Source: the human T2T-CHM13v2.0 reference genome, Homo sapiens. Taken from it: a DNA stretch of 64,000 nt. The stretch is from assembly GCF_009914755.1 (NCBI RefSeq), contig NC_060947.1. One strand, 5' to 3'. The notes beneath the pieces were generated by a model. It worked only from the letters and a program-made list of their open reading frames with translations, was not told the origin of the DNA and searched no databases. Shown in pieces: positions 43,226 to 58,632 of this stretch. The position numbers and the translations under genes were made by a program. The first letter of the stretch is position 1; every line of letters starts with the position of its first letter.

Positions 43226-44352
43226 TTTCACACTCATGAGAATGGCTGTAATTTAAAAAATGGAAAATAACAAGTGTTGGAGAGGTTGTGAAAAATTTGA
43301 AACCCTCACCCATTGCTGATGGAGATGTAAAATGGTGCATCTACTATGCAAAGCAGTTTGGCAGTTCCTCAAAAAGCTAATCATAGAATTACCATATGAC
43401 CTAGCAATTCCACTCCTAGGTATATACCAAAGGAATTGAAAGCAGGGTCTCAAAGAGATATCTGTGCACCCACGTTCATAGCAGCACTATTTATAATAGC
43501 CAAAAGGCAGGAACAACCCAAGTGTCTGTTAACAGATAAATGAATAAACAAGATGTGGTATATTCACACAATGAAATATTATTCAACCATAAAAGTGAAT
43601 GAAGTTCTGATTCATACTACAACATGGATGAACCTTGAAAACATTTTTTTTAACCTATGGAAACTTTAAATTTATTTATTTAGTTATTTAAGTTATTATG
43701 GATACATAATAGTTGTACATAATTATGGGGCACATGTGATTTTTGATACAAGCATATAATGCGTAATGAGCACATCAGGACAATTGGGGTATTCATCACT
43801 TCCAGCATTTATCATTTCTTTGTGTTAGGAACATTCCAGTTCCAGTCTTTTCATTATTTTGAAATATATAATACATTATTGTTAACTATAGTCACCCCAT
43901 TGTTCTAGTATGCACAAGACCTTATTCCTCTTATCTAACTGTATTTTTGTACTTTGAAAATATTAAGTGAAATAAGCCAGATACAAGAAAACAAACAATA
44001 TGATTCCATTGTATGAATGAAGTGCCTAGAACATGTAAATTTATGACAGAAAGTAGGTTAAAGGTTAACAGGGGCTGGAGAAAGGAGGGAATGGGAAGTT
44101 ATTGTGTAATGGTTACAGAGTTTATCTGAGGTGATAAAAATGTTTTGGAAATAGTGGTAAAGGTTGTACAACATTGTATATATAATTAATACAACTGAAT
44201 TGGACATATAAATGGTTTAAATATCAAATTTTATGTTATATATGTATATATTACCAAAATTTAAAGTTATTAATAATGTAATATACCCCAAACCACTGAA
44301 TGGTTAATTGTATGGTATGTGAATGATATCTTAAGAAAGCTGTTAAAAAGGA
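43226..44352 (+). mobile_element. L1MB-type 3' end with a nested antisense L1MA 3' fragment (43646-43953)
   Basis: aataacaagtgttggagagg...accatatgacctagcaattccactcctagg; nested piece flanked by ttgaaaa[c/t]att at 43635-43645 and 43954-43964. Confidence 0.8.
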
Positions 44353-45994
44353 AAAAACAAAGTTGCTGCTGAATTAGCAATGATATCTGTGATCATGATG
44401 ATGATGATGATAATTCCAACAAGAGCAGCAACTGCCATTTGCCAAGTATCATGCTAGGAGTTTTACATGACTTTACCTCACAAAAGTTGCTTAAGTTAAA
44501 TATAGAAGTATTGTCTCGTTTTTCACATGGAGTACTGGAAACTCAGGTAGCTCCTATAAGTTGCTTAGGGTCACAAAGTTAATAAGCAGCAAAGCTGGGA
44601 TTTAAATTCAAGTTTGTCTGAATCCAAAACACTTTCTAAAATTCTCTCACCAGACCTATAACCCTTAAAATTGGAAGCATTTGCTAAACCAGTTATCTCA
44701 ACTCTGAGATGAAATGAACACTTTTACTTCATAAGGCTACTGTGAGGATTAAGGGCAAGAATGTCTGTAAAACATTTGGAAGAGCACTGGGCATAGCATC
44801 AACACTCAATATGTGGTGCTTCTTATTGTTTTGTGTGCAGGATGGAACAGAGACTTTGGTAAGATGGAGTAAAGAGGTTGTAGGGAGGTAATGCACAGAA
44901 ATTAGAAGATGAGATAAGGTCAAATTAAGCAGAAGAAAACTGTGTTTGTCTTATAAATGTTCTGTTCTAAAGAAAAAAAGTTAAAGCCCTTCTCCAGGGA
45001 TACACAGGACTGGAAGAATCTGAAGTTATTTATTCCTGAAAAGGAACCAAAAATATGGTGAAAAGTAGGTAGGTAGGAAAAACTGAGGGGACTTAGACGA
45101 GAAGAAAAGGGGCAGAAGCCACAGAAATAAAGGTATTTTTGTGTGGACCCTTTGGACTTCATGGGAACAGTTCGAAATTCTGTTTGAGCCTCTAGGCTCA
45201 GAGTATATTGAAAATAATTTCATAACTCTCAGTCTCTCTCTCTCTTTGTCTCTACTTATTGATCCAGCTACTTTACATGTTATATATTGACTTTTCACTA
45301 TACAGGATAAGAAATTTAGCTTCCACTACTCCTGTCTCCACCACCTTCCTCCATTTCCCAGCCCTCTTGTCACCTATGCCGTTACTATAATTAAGTTTAC
45401 TAGGAAATGATTCTGGCAACCAAAGGCCAAGAAACATACCTATACTGTTATGATTAATGTAAATCTTATTTCTCTGTGACTCAAGGAGCATAACTGTACA
45501 ACAGAGAAAAACTTTGACATATATGTCACAAAACCTTTGGCACTAAAATCCTGTGCTGCTGCTCCAATTGCCAAAATTGAATTGGTTCTCTTTACTTATA
45601 CTACATCAATTGCACAAAACCAAGTCATGCCTTAGTTTGCTCATATTTGAGGTATGACTTTCTTGTACATAATTTTTCCCGTAGCCTTTTTTTCCTTAAG
45701 ACTAAAAAATATATACCTTCATCACCATGTAACTAAGATCATACAGCTTTTTAAGCATACTACTACTTGCTGGGTCTGCTGTACCCTGTATCCAGGGGGT
45801 TTCTTTTTGTTATAACCTTATGTTTTTCCACTGCATCTTTGAAACTTCCTCTTCCCAACTTCATGTTACTTGACAATAAACTTAAATATTTCCAGGATAA
45901 TGAAAAATCATCTGAACTTTGCAGATCTAAACTTATCTTTTCTTGCCTTCAAAAATGATTACTTTGAGTTTAGAATTCTAGGTTCAAAATAATT

Positions 45995-46615
45995 ATCCAG
46001 GACTACATCAAAATTAAAAACTATGCTTCAAATGATACAATCAACAAAGTAGAAAAGACAATCTACAAAATGGGCGAAAATATTTGCAGCTCATATATCT
46101 GGTATGGAGGTAATATCTAGAATATATAAAGAACTCCTAGCAATACAACAACAACAAAAATAACCGAACACATTGCTCCATGAGGATATAGAGAAATCAA
46201 AACCTTTGCACACTGTTGGTAGGAATGTAAATTGATTTAGTTGTTATGCAAAACGGTAGAGTAATTCCTCAAAAATTAAAAATAGAACTAACATATGATT
46301 CAGTAGTTTCACTTCTGGATATATATTCAATAGAATTGAAAGCAGAGTCTCAAAGAAATATTTGTACACCCATATCCATAGCTGCATTGTTCACAGTAGC
46401 CAAAAGGTAGAAGCGATCCAGGTGTCCTTGGATGGAAGAATGAATAAACAAAATGTGATATCTCTATATATAGGTTTTGATTTCTCTATATCCTCACCAA
46501 CACTTGTTATTTTCTGTTTTGTGTTAGTAAACATCCTGATAGATATGACGTGATATGTCATTGTGGTTTTAATTTACATTTCCCTAATGATTAGTGGTAT
46601 TGAAACAATTTTATT
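45995..46615. mobile_element. Rearranged L1M(B) ORF2 3' fragments (sense ~45995-46460, antisense 46472-46615)
   Basis: Recognisable L1 ORF2-end text in both orientations, with a 25-bp inverted duplication. Confidence 0.75.
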
Positions 46616-46930
46616 GTGATTCTTTTGTAGATGACATGGTTTTTCCTCACTAAAATAATGTACATTATTTTATTTAACTTCAGCATTCTGAAATTTCATA
46701 AGAATATGTCTAATTTGTCTTGCTAGACACTAGAGGGAAGTCCTTTGAATTTGAACTTTCCAGTTTTTCATCAGCTCTGGGAAATACTCTTTTTAAACAT
46801 AATTTTATCCCCTCCATTACTGCTGTCTTACTTCTAGGAATTTAGCATGGATCAATCTTCTTAATCTTACCTTTTTATCATATTTTTATGTTTTTGTCTT
46901 TCTCCTCTATGTTACAAAAGATTTCTTTGA

Positions 46931-47265
<335 letters not shown>

Positions 47266-48106
47266 TATGCATGCTATATTTTTGGCAATAATATTTAAAC
47301 TTGTAGGCTGCTCTTATGTGTACTCTGATTGCTTCTTTTCATAGCAGGTGCATTTTTTTGTGTGCGTGTGGATACAACCTCTTCCCAAATCTCTCTGAAG
47401 ATATTAAGTAGATTTGTTTAAATTTCTCTTCTCTAAATTATCTGACTTCTCTGGAGACTTATGTGTTTTGTTTATTCACTTTTGTGCTGTTGGCTTTTCT
47501 CAAATAATCGCAATATACCTGTCATACTTCATCATCAGAGTGTGTAGATCAAAACCTATATTTCAAAATCTATCAGATAATCTTTGGAGTTGACTTCCAG
47601 CCAAAACTATATAGACCATCATTGTATTTTATTCTTAAACAGCATTTCCATTTTCTTGTTATTCATTTGTGCTTGAATTATTATTACTGTTGTTGTTGTT
47701 ACTTCTTCACAGATATCTTTATGATATTTGGCAATTTCGTGAGGGCCACCTTTATTATAATTAGGTAGTATAATGGAGATTATAATTAGAGCATATCTAA
47801 GGTTCAAGGTGTCCTAATATTCTGAAAATGAATAGACAAATAAAGGCCTGTCTTAGCTTGGGTTTCCTCAGACTCTGAGTTGAGTACTTGAGTACAAGTA
47901 GTTAATTGAGAAGTAACTCAGGATGTTCCAATAGGGAAGAGGGAAAACAGGAAAGGGAAGAAAGCCAAGAAAGGGTACATCATTGAGCAGTTTACAAGTG
48001 TGGGTGACTAGGACATAATCCTGATGGGGAATTCTGGGAGACCATGTAGATTATCCTTTAAAATTATATACTATGTACTATATAGTATAGTACCTGCCCA
48101 CTAATA

Positions 48107-48607
48107 CAGTAGTCCTCCTTATCTGTGGTTTCACTTTCTGTAGTTTTAGTTACCCACAGTCAACTGCAGTCTGAAAATATTCAATGGAAAATTCTAGAAA
48201 TAAACAATTCATAAGTTTTAAATTGCGTGCCATACTGAGTAGAGTGATGAAATCTCATACTATCCTACTCCATCCCATCTGGGACAGCGTATCCCTTTGT
48301 CCAGTGTATCCACTCTGTATGTGCTACCTGCCCATTAGTCACTTAGTAGCTGTCTCGTTCATCAGATCAACTGCTTCGGTATCGCAGTGCTTGTGTTCAA
48401 GAACCCTTATTTTACTTAATAATACTTTACTGATAATTACCTAATTATTAGTTATTGTTAATCTCTTACTGTGCCTAATTTTTAAGTTAAACTTTATTGT
48501 AGGTATGTATAGAAAAACATAGTATTTATAGGGTTTGTTACCATCTGCGTTTCAGGCACCACTGGGAGGTCTTGAAATGTATCCCTGTGGATAAGCAGGG
48601 ACTACTC
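48107..48607. mobile_element. MER44 (Tigger7-derived) TcMar element
   Basis: TIRs cagtagtcctccttatc and gataagcagggactactc, TA on both sides. Confidence 0.85.
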
Positions 48608-49499
48608 TACCCTGGTTGTCATTTCTCCTCCATTTTTTGATGCTGAAGTGTTCCTTCACTTTCCTACAAACTCAGCGATGACTCTAAAAGAATATCTGTC
48701 ATAGTTTATACAGAATTTCTAACTGTATTGTTGTAGAAGAGTTTTCAGATTATTTACTGTACCATATAGGCTATTTTCCCAAAAATATAAACATTAGGAT
48801 TAAAGGAAGACAAAACTCAACAAATACATATTATAAGACATGAATGTCTTAGAAAAATACCTGGCACACTTTAAGAGCTTGTTAAATGTTAGCTATTGCT
48901 AGTACCAAGATCCTAGTAATAGAAGCTGTAGACACAGAAGTAGAAGTATAGGTAGAAGTATCATTGGAAGAAAAGAGAGAAAGAAAGATTGATGGGGCTG
49001 CCCTTAATGCTTCTGAGGAAGTAAAATAAGAGTGTTTGTCCCAGTAATCTTCTGCTTTTATTGCTTCTACCAAAGTTCCATTCTCTGCACAACATGTCTC
49101 AGTTTACATCTTTAAAGCTCACTGTGGGGTAGGAATAATTCTCAGATTGTTTAAGTTTCATCAGAAATGAGAAAGGGTCAGCATATATTAAATTAAAACC
49201 AGTTTTTGAGTTGCCTGATTGGGGATGATCAAGGAGATGAGGCCTCTAATTATTGGAATACCTGAAGAAAGATTTTGGGAAGAATCAAAGCCATTGAATG
49301 AAGACTTACTTAAGTGTCTGCAGTGTGTTGTGGATTAAAACCCCTCTCCTATAAATCCCCTTTGTAATCCTTGATACAACTTTCATTACTCATTTATCAT
49401 TTTATGTGAATTGAGTTTCAGTTTGGAGGAGATCAAAAATACCTGCTAAGGGACAGCTGGATACCTGCATAACAATAGCAATGCTCCTCCTTGGAGGTG

Positions 49500-50625
49500 G
49501 AAGCAGTGAGAGATTCCATGAGCTGCCCCTCCAAACTGAGGAATCAAGCTGAGGAAAGAAAGACATTCTGGGGAGAAGCAGCAGCATGAACATCTTCCTG
49601 GAACTGGAAGCAGATCAGTGACAGTGGATCACAGGCTACAGGGCAGCAGTGAGCCAAAAGGTGGGACCGAAAGAGAAGGCAGAAAACAGATCATAAAGAA
49701 TATTTACTGCTAGGCCAAGGACATAGAATTTTTAATGTAGAAGATGCAGATCACTGAATGGTTTTCAAGCCTGGAATGTATTGTCATTTAATATTGTGGA
49801 AAGGTAATTATTGACACAGTTTGAGATAATGCTTTGAAGGAAAGCAAGGTCAAAGGCAGAACAGGAAACTAATTCAGGAGCTATTGTAGGGCTTCAGTCT
49901 AAGGAGAGTGAGAACCTAGACAAAGGAAGGAGCAGCTGGACTGAAGGTGGTGGGAAAAATCTGTGAGCTATCTATAAGACAGAATTGACTAACTTGGGAA
50001 TGTCAGTTAGGTAAGCTAAGCTGCAGTGAAAATAGACCCAAATATATATCATGGTTCAAACAATATAAAAGTCTATTTCTTGTATACATAGTTGCTCAAG
50101 GAAGATGTTCTTTGTCAGCTGGATGCTCTCCTCTGTTTGATGATTCAGGAATCTGGGCTCCTTCCATCTTCTGGTTCCACTATCCATTAGAACTTCTTGA
50201 TAGTCCCCAGAGGGAGAAAGAGTATGGAGGGGGCATATCATCATTTTACAACCCTTGGCCAGGAAATGGCTCATAACACTTCCACACATATTTCATTCAC
50301 CAGTACTTACTACCATGGCCACATCTTACTGCAAGGGGCTGGAAAATGTAGTATAGCTGTAGGTCCAGAAAGAAAGAGAAATGGACTTGGTAAACAGCTA
50401 CAAATCTTGACACAATATCCCTTGGCACAAGGGAAAGAAAGGATCATATAATAATTCCCAATATTCATATTTGTTAACTGGATGAATGGTGGTAGATTAG
50501 CGAGTATAGGTTTGGGCGAAGAGAGATGGGGTAAGGAGTTTAGTTTGAGATATGTAGAGTTAGAGATGCCTAGCAAATACCTACGGAGGTATCCACTATA
50601 TCTGTCCTATGCATATCCTTAAGGA
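49500..50625 (-). mobile_element. L2 fragment split by an MLT1-type LTR (~50001-50410)
   Basis: L2 text (cactgaatggttttcaagc; ggagtttagtttgagatatgtagagttagagatgcc) flanking MLT1 text (gattcaggaatctgggctccttccatctt; tgcaaggggctggaaaatgtag). Confidence 0.65.
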
Positions 50626-53600
50626 TTCGAGATATATAACATTGGTCATTATGCTAATTTACTAGCAGGTCTTATATAAGCTTTTGATGTGTGCCAAATA
50701 TGTAGAGGATTTACTTGAATTAAATCTTTGAAAACTTTTCCATTGAATCCTTCATAGGTCTTTACTTACAGGCAAGGCACAGATGGGAAAACACAACTAA
50801 ATATTATTCCAAAGTAGAAAGCAAATTAATTTCCCATGAAAGCAAAATGGCATGTTCCATGGAGATCTGAATTATTACACAGTGCACAGCCATCCACAGT
50901 GAAAAGAAAACAGACTGGGAGCATTATCCAGGTGTAGCTATGCTTGATTTCAAATTATGGGGGACTAGCAGAAGTGGGGTTCTTTGCTTGTTTATTTTTC
51001 ATAGATCTCCTTTAAGCATGTCCCTCTGCACCTGAGGGAGGTGAAAAGGACTGATTGGAGTATCTGAGGTTTGAGAGTAGGCTCACTTAAGTTCTGATTC
51101 CCTCAAAGCAAATTGCTTCAACATGAAATCAACCTTCAGTCTCTCAAGTAGCCATATTCTCCCTGTGTGGTTAGCTATTATGACAAATCAAAGTGTTCTT
51201 AGGATGCTTTGGTAAATTACTAAGATTTTAGTGTTCTTGATGATTACCCTGTGGTCTTAAAGTGGCTTGTCACTTCTAAGACAGAGGTTTTTCACTTGAA
51301 CAATGTAATGAATAAGTGACCAGATGAATTAAAATATTTCCATAATCTTTCTTTACTTTTAAGAAAATAATAAAGTGTATATGTTTATTATTCACAAACC
51401 TAGATAATAATAATTTAATTTTCTGTGTCTTTTGTGTGTCAAACTTTGTTTCATTACTGTGTGTGATAGGAACACAAGGTTGGTGATGGAGTGGGGAAAT
51501 TAAATATCTCACTGGAATTGTCAGGAAACAGGAATTAGATGAATCTACCCGTTTCAACACATTCAGTCAGGGTCATCTGGGATAATAAAGTTAATGGACA
51601 AATGGCTATAAACATGCTTAGGTGTTGTCCATAATCTTTTCATGTGAAGTATAGGACAATAGGACAAAAAAGCTTAAATATTAAGTAAAAACACTTTGGA
51701 AACCTGCATATCACAAAATAGACTGAAGTAGTTTTGGATGGAGATAGGAAGATAGACAGACAGAGTATGCGAATGGGTATACAATGCTTTTTGCTCTTAG
51801 ATGAACAAAAAACTCTGGCAATATAACAGTTTGAGTGTCAGCAAAGACCTCAGCACAAACTGCCAAAATGATGTAAATGGAAATGCTCTCTTGCTTTTCT
51901 TCACAGAGCAAATATTTTTCTGCCGTACCAATGGAAACCCCAGACACTGCACAGCCAGCCCGTCTGTGTTTACTTCTTGTTATGTAACCTGCCTTTCCCC
52001 TAACTCTCATACTCCACGGGAGAGTCAGAGTTCTACAAACAGCCTAAGATGAAATCATCATTATTATGGCTTTTGCATGCCGAGCTGTGGCTTGGTCCCA
52101 TAATTCTAAAGGCTAAACCCGTAGAGACAAAAAAAAAAAAAAGATTAGCAAGGGCTCTTTGCCACTCTAGCTGTGGGAGTCCACTTGGAGGGCTTCTCAA
52201 CTGACTGACCCCCATGGAAACCCAGTGCCAGATTCTGTATCACTACAAAACACAGGTTGGATTACATACCTCTTTGCATGACTGCCAGATGGAGCTGCCA
52301 GTAGGGGAAAATGACTAGGTCTTGAATATGTATTTCTTCTAGGTTTCAAGGGAAAAAGGAAAACCCATCACATGTCAATTGTTAACATGCCCACAGTCCT
52401 TGTTCCTCTCCCTCAATGGGAGCTCATTGCTCCAATTAATTTCCACCTCAATTAATATTCATCAAGTGTCCATAGTGAGCCAGACCCAGCTGGGGTGAAG
52501 AGGGACAGGTAAGGACAACCACTCCTTCTACCCATATTGCTAATGTGGAATGTTTCAATCAATATTGAAATTTTCAGCACCCCCCCGTCCCCCCACAAAA
52601 GACCTTGAATAGCTGGTCTTCATGAACTCTTCAGAAATAATTATTAAGTCATCTGCCTGATGTAGACATATATGACCCTAGAGGAATTCCAGTGCAAGTA
52701 AGAGGTACATCTGTCTGATAGATCTGCCTTTCTCTGTGCCAAGGACCTTTTTATAGAGCTCTCTGTAATAAGATACTTAGAGGATATCAACAAATCACAA
52801 TCCAAACTATAGGAAAAGAAATGCATATTTAATTTTCCTTTGCAAAAAAAAATAAAGAAAAGTAATAATGTTGACACTTAGAAAGTATTAAGCACCTAGT
52901 TTCAGATTAATCTGGTCACCCTCAGAAAGGAAGTCATAACAAGATAACCCAGTGTCCTCTCAGTTCTCCAAGGAACAAAGCTGAGTTAAAGGATTTCCAA
53001 ATGTGAAATGACGACAATTTTCTAAGGTTTTTTTGCTCTGAAATTTATTGTCTATTGTATTTCAGTGGCAGGGACGGTTCCATGTACACTTTTCAGGATA
53101 AAACAGCAAACCTGAATTGGCACTAGTCTGTTAGCTACTGATATATGCAAATAAACAAATTCTTACCTTTATTTTCTATATTTAAAAATGTGCACATTTA
53201 TAGATAGACATGCATATTGCTATATAAGTCCACACCAAGTCTGAGGCATTGTTAAGGCTCTTCTGAACCATTTCTAAATTATTTATTCTGGCTTAAGGGA
53301 AGTAACAAAAATTATTCAATTTCCACAGGAAATTAATTTGTTACCTTTCTCATTAATAAAAGCAAAGCTCTCTGGGGTACAGTGTTTTGCTAGTACTTTC
53401 TACAATGTCCATTGTTTATTATGCTTGCCTCAAATTGAAGGTAAAATGTTTGCATTACCAGCGGCCCTTCTTCACTGTTAATGGGCATCTCAATTAGTCT
53501 TATATGGCATGCAATTGTATTCCACACTGGAGTAGTGCCCACCTTTGCATAATATTTCAGCTTTCATAGTTGAGCTATAATTAATTCATTAACTGATATC

Positions 53601-56305
53601 TGGTGCTTAAAAAGTCAAATGTCCCTTTCTGAGAATTTAGCTTGTACATAGCATAATACAGTAAAAGGTCAATAATCTGTGAATAATCTTATAGTCCACT
53701 ACAGTGTGGTGTCATTATAGGTTCCTTCATAAAAATACAGCATACTCACACTGAGTAATTGAGAAGAATTTGAGAATTGGACCATTTACAAAGGTGTGGG
53801 CCAAGTGTAGGAAAAATAGCAAGGGATATTGCCGCTCCACAGGTCTAGCAACATCAGAAAGTCTGAGGTCTGAAGAAAAAAGGGGAGGGAGCCATTACCA
53901 GAACCTAGGAGAATATCTATATGGAGACACCTGATAGGAACTATGGCCTTCGGCTAAGGGGAAGTAGTGAAGCCCTGCTAAAAAGGCAGAGAAAGAGCTA
54001 GGGGATAAACTTTTTTTTCTGTTAATGGTTTGTGATGCAGAAAGGGATAAACTTTTTATTATTCTCACCTTCCTATTTCTTCTTATGCTTCCCACCTTCC
54101 TATTTCTGCATGCCTTCCATTGGATAAACTGGAAGCCAGATGGCAAGGAAGCCTGCTGAGGCAGTCTGCAGGGGTCAGCTTTCCCCAGCACAGAGCAGCA
54201 GGCCGAATGATATAAGGATATGGTATAAAAGGGTCATGTGTAAGACATTCAGCCTAGAAGCCCTGCCTCATTGTTTGATGTTTTTGGACATTGCTCTAAT
54301 GATAATGCCAAGACCACTTCATGTCTCAATGCGGAGGACAAGATTAATACAGCATGTACTGTACCATGGATATAATAATTTGAGTAAATTATATAATAAA
54401 CAGTATACTGTGTTATAAATTCAGTAGTCCATATTATGATGCACTGATAAATTGTGAACTGCAAATTTAGCATTCCAGAGTTATACTGCTTTAGTAGGTC
54501 ATAGGTATTTCCTAATAACGTACAGGAGATGCATGAAGTAAAATAATCTGCTATAGGAAACTAATGTGCAGTTCTGAGATGACATTAACCCTTTGAGAAA
54601 CATAAACATAAGTACTATATTTGTAATGCAATCTTTGTTTTTTTATTTTTCTCAAAATGTCACTGTATACATAGTAATTATAACTTTACTTAATGCATTG
54701 TTCATATCTACAAAACTGGTTTAGTCCTGAATATGAAGAAAAGCCAATAATCTTAAAAAATATTCACTTAAACAACTCTAGATTATGTAGTTACCTGAAT
54801 AATCAAATAAAGTTTTCATTGGAATCTTTTTCCAATAGAAGTGATTACAAACACTATCTGGATTCATTACTTCTGCTGCACTAATGACTTTTGGACCCAA
54901 CATATTCAACTAAGTCATAATGTTTGGGTTCATTGTCTTCTAGGCCTCTGTTCTCTCTCTTGAGGCATCATTTCTTGAGGCATCTCTGGTTGAATAACAT
55001 TTTAAATAACTCATTCACCAGTTAGCTCTTCTACTACTGTAATGCCTCCATTAGTATCAGTTGATTCCAATTTCCTCTTGAAAGACTGAATAAAGGGCTT
55101 CCATCTACAAAAAGCCCAGCCATCCCTTGAAATCCTGTTCATTGTTACTACATCTTTCAGGCTTTTCTGAAGAGTGTTAACTCTTCAAGTATTCCTCAAA
55201 CAGAATACTTGTCTGCTAATAGGGTGCTACCCAGGAAGTCTTTAATGGCCAGCCAGGAAGCCAGGTCTCCTGACTGACTAACTGCCAATCCACCACTGAA
55301 ACTCCTCACAGCAATCTTTCTGTGCACTGAGGCAAAGCCTAGATGCTAGGCAGCCGAGATTTTTTTGTAGCCCTTAAAAGTGTTTCTCAGCCTTTCTTTT
55401 GATTTTCACTTGCCCCCTAAGGATTTTTGACATATTTTTCTAAATAACTGCCCCACTACATGAAATTTTAATAGCACATATTAACTGTATATCTGTTAAT
55501 GTACTGTGTGGCCCTTTGGAGGGCTACACAAATCATTGAAATATCTAAATTTTTTGCCTCTTCCAAGAACTGATTTTTGCCCCTTTGGAGTGGATATCAC
55601 CTCCTTGAGAAGGTATGCCTTAAAACATAAGACTAGTTGGAGGCTTCAAAACTGTAAGATATGGTCTAATGGATTTCTACTCTATCTGCAGGTGAAGAAA
55701 GAAGAGTGAAGGATAATGGAAAGGAGATGAAGATGAAAGACTACTATGACTGACCTGAGGTCCTAGTCAATCAATCAATAAGAAATGTATTGAGTTCTGA
55801 CCATCCTGTGTAGGTGTGCACATATGAAATATACAGGGTACAGCATGTAAAATTAAAAAGGGTCCATTCCTCAAATATCCATTCTATATACACAGGCCAT
55901 CTTCTGATTTTCCCCATATATTTGCCACGAGTTTCAGACACACTTACGTTAACTTTATTCTCCTGAAGGCACTTCTGAAAAATACTTTTCTATGTACAGA
56001 TATGTTTACAAAGATGTTAAAAATCACAAAACTGCAATGGAAACTTAAGCTTAGTCATTTTACTAAAGAGTCAGGGGAAGGAATGCATGATCTGCTTTCT
56101 AAACAAGAACTTCTAGGTTTAATGCCAACCCAGGAAAGAGTAATTGTTGCACTGGTAATGTGATTCCCTTCATTTCCAGTCTTAGTAATATAAATATTCC
56201 TATTAATGCTTGTTCTGTCACCGTAGTAACAATGAATTCTTCCTGAACCTGAATTTAAAATTAGTAGCTAACAGCACTTGGGCACACAGAGCTATGTCCT
56301 GGGAA

Positions 56306-56500
56306 AGTGCTTTCCAAACCCAGGTCAGTTGACCTCCCACATCAGAATCACCTGGGTAGCTTGTTAAAAGTACAGACCCAAACTCTCCAGCCAAACTTAC
56401 TGGACAAGAATTTCCAGAAGTGAACCTAGGGATTAGCAGTATATTTTTTCAAAAGCTTTTTAGTTGATTCTGATCTACAGCCAGGTTTGGAAGGAACTGT
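56306..56500. mobile_element. MER5-type DNA transposon
   Basis: catcagaatcacctgggtagcttgttaaaa...gattctgatctacagccaggtttggaa. Confidence 0.75.
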
Positions 56501-58187
56501 GGGATAGTTGAAGGTACTTGTTTGTTGCAGAAACAAATAAAAAGTCTGAATGGTACTCTAGTTCAGATATTGCTAGTCACTAAGTGTGTGACCTTGGGCC
56601 AAGCACTTGAGATTCCATTGGCCTCACCGTCTTCTATGTATGTTTACCAATGCCTCCTTATTTCTAGATTCTGGTCATCCATGAACTCCTCATAGTGCAA
56701 GTTGCCTAAGGATCTCCATTATCAATCTTCTTTTTGTGTATCTTTCAGCTTCTGCCCCTACTAAGAGTTTTCTTGCTCCTTCCTTTTGTTTTTTACATAC
56801 TTGAAGGAAATTGCTTCAATCCATCAGTATGGTTCCTGATAGACAGTGTTCTCACAGGCCACCTCCTAGACCACTAGGCATCCTGTCGCTTGGCTGCCTT
56901 AGAGTTAATGTTCCCCTTAGTCCAGTCAGCTGATGCCAGGGGTATAGGATTACATGGTACAGAACAAGGTCATTTCTGTATCTGGAAACACCTATAGCCA
57001 TTTTCTTCAGTAAACCTTACATTTATGGTCATAGTAGCCAATTCGAGCCATTGTCTAAAATGGTCTCTTCTTTCTTTAAAATTGTATAATTTCATTAATA
57101 AATAATATCCCACTCAAGCACATGAATGATGACAAGTAGACACATCTTAATTCACTGTTAGAATCTTAAATACATCATCTACTTCTTAAATGAGCTAAAG
57201 GAACCAAGACGTAGTCATGTTGGTTTCTCATTAGCTAGAGGCCATCCTTGCTGTGTGTCAGTCTAACTTTAATCCTATTCCCAGGTAGAGACCTTAATAA
57301 ATAAGAAGTTATTGTGGTATCATTCAGAAGACATTAAAATCATGGCATTTACTTCTTTTTCTTTTTGCCTCTGAAGTAGGGGACTTTTTTCACCATCCAG
57401 ACCTAACTCCTACACATATGCCATGGACTCCATTTCCTCTCATCAGCTTCAGGATCTGAACTCATAAATTATCCTTAACTGCCTTTACCTTCAACTTTTC
57501 CTTTTACACTAGCTCCTTTCTCTCTGCCTATACCCATGCTCAAAAATTTATTCCCATTTTCAAAAGAAAATTTTCCTCAGTCCAAAATCTCAATATATTG
57601 ATGAGGTCATATTTTCTTCCTACAAGAGTTGTGAAAAAAAAGTGGTTTGCTCTCATGGTACCCCTTCTCAATTTTACATTCACTCTTTTTTGCAATCTGA
57701 CTTCTGCCCCAACCATTTATCTTAAATGATTCTGTCCAAAGTGACCACTGCCTGCCCACTTTCTGAACCATTTGATTATTTTTTGATCCGTTCTTACTTG
57801 AAATTTGACACTGCTTATCACTTTTTCCTTCTTAAAACTATCTCTTACTTTGGCTTCCATGATGTTATTCTTTAGTCTCTGCTTACATCTCTATTCCTAT
57901 GGATCACCTTTACAGACCATTCATATATAAGGCACCACCCTTTGAATATCTGCTTATCTTATGGTCTGAACACTGATCAGATACTTCAAACTGTTTCTCT
58001 TAACATTTTCTTTAACTTTTATCTATATCCTGACAAGCATTTAAATTTCTTCTTTGAGAGAACTGGTCAGGGGCAGCAACTGCTTCCCTTATTTTTTTCC
58101 CTTCCTTCCAAGCACTGTTCTCCTCAGGTTAAATCCCTCAACCAGATCCGACACAAGCTTGAAGATGGGTCCTTGCATCCATTCTGA

Positions 58188-58632
58188 GTGTGGTAAATAC
58201 TATGCTGTGTCAACCAGATCCCTCTTCAGGACCAAAGGACTCATTCCCTCAGCTGCTGAGAATGCAACTAACAGACAGCCCTCAGTTGTAAACCCTTCCC
58301 CAAAATTGCTCTTAGGTGGAAAGAGCTGCTTTAAGATTATGTCTCTTTCCCAGAGTCAACCTGCATCCAGTGAGCATAATGGAGAAATATGAAGACATAG
58401 CCCCTTTGCTATAAAGTAGAGCAAACTTCAAGAGTTTTCCCTGTTTCAGGACTCCCTGTGGGGTTGGTTGAGGCTTCTCTGGGAACTATGTTAACACTCA
58501 ACTTTTCCCTCTGCCTAGTCTTATTTCCTTCCCTTACTCTCCAGGTATTGATCTGTAGAGCACTCCCCAGTAAACCTCCTACATGTGAATCTGTCTCTCA
58601 GAGTCTGTTTCCTGGGGATCCCAACCTGCACC
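58188..58632 (+). mobile_element. LTR16A-type solo LTR
   Basis: 3' end gagcactccccagtaaacctcctacatgtgaatctgtctctcagagtctgtttcctggggatcccaacct. Confidence 0.7.

Noticed and set aside
51711-52052. Overlapping 99-aa and 83-aa ORFs
   Set aside because: No recognisable protein similarity; length is within chance expectation.
54001-54106. Short direct repeats gggataaacttttt and ccttcctatttct
   Set aside because: Local slippage-type duplications; only two copies each, not a CRISPR-like array.
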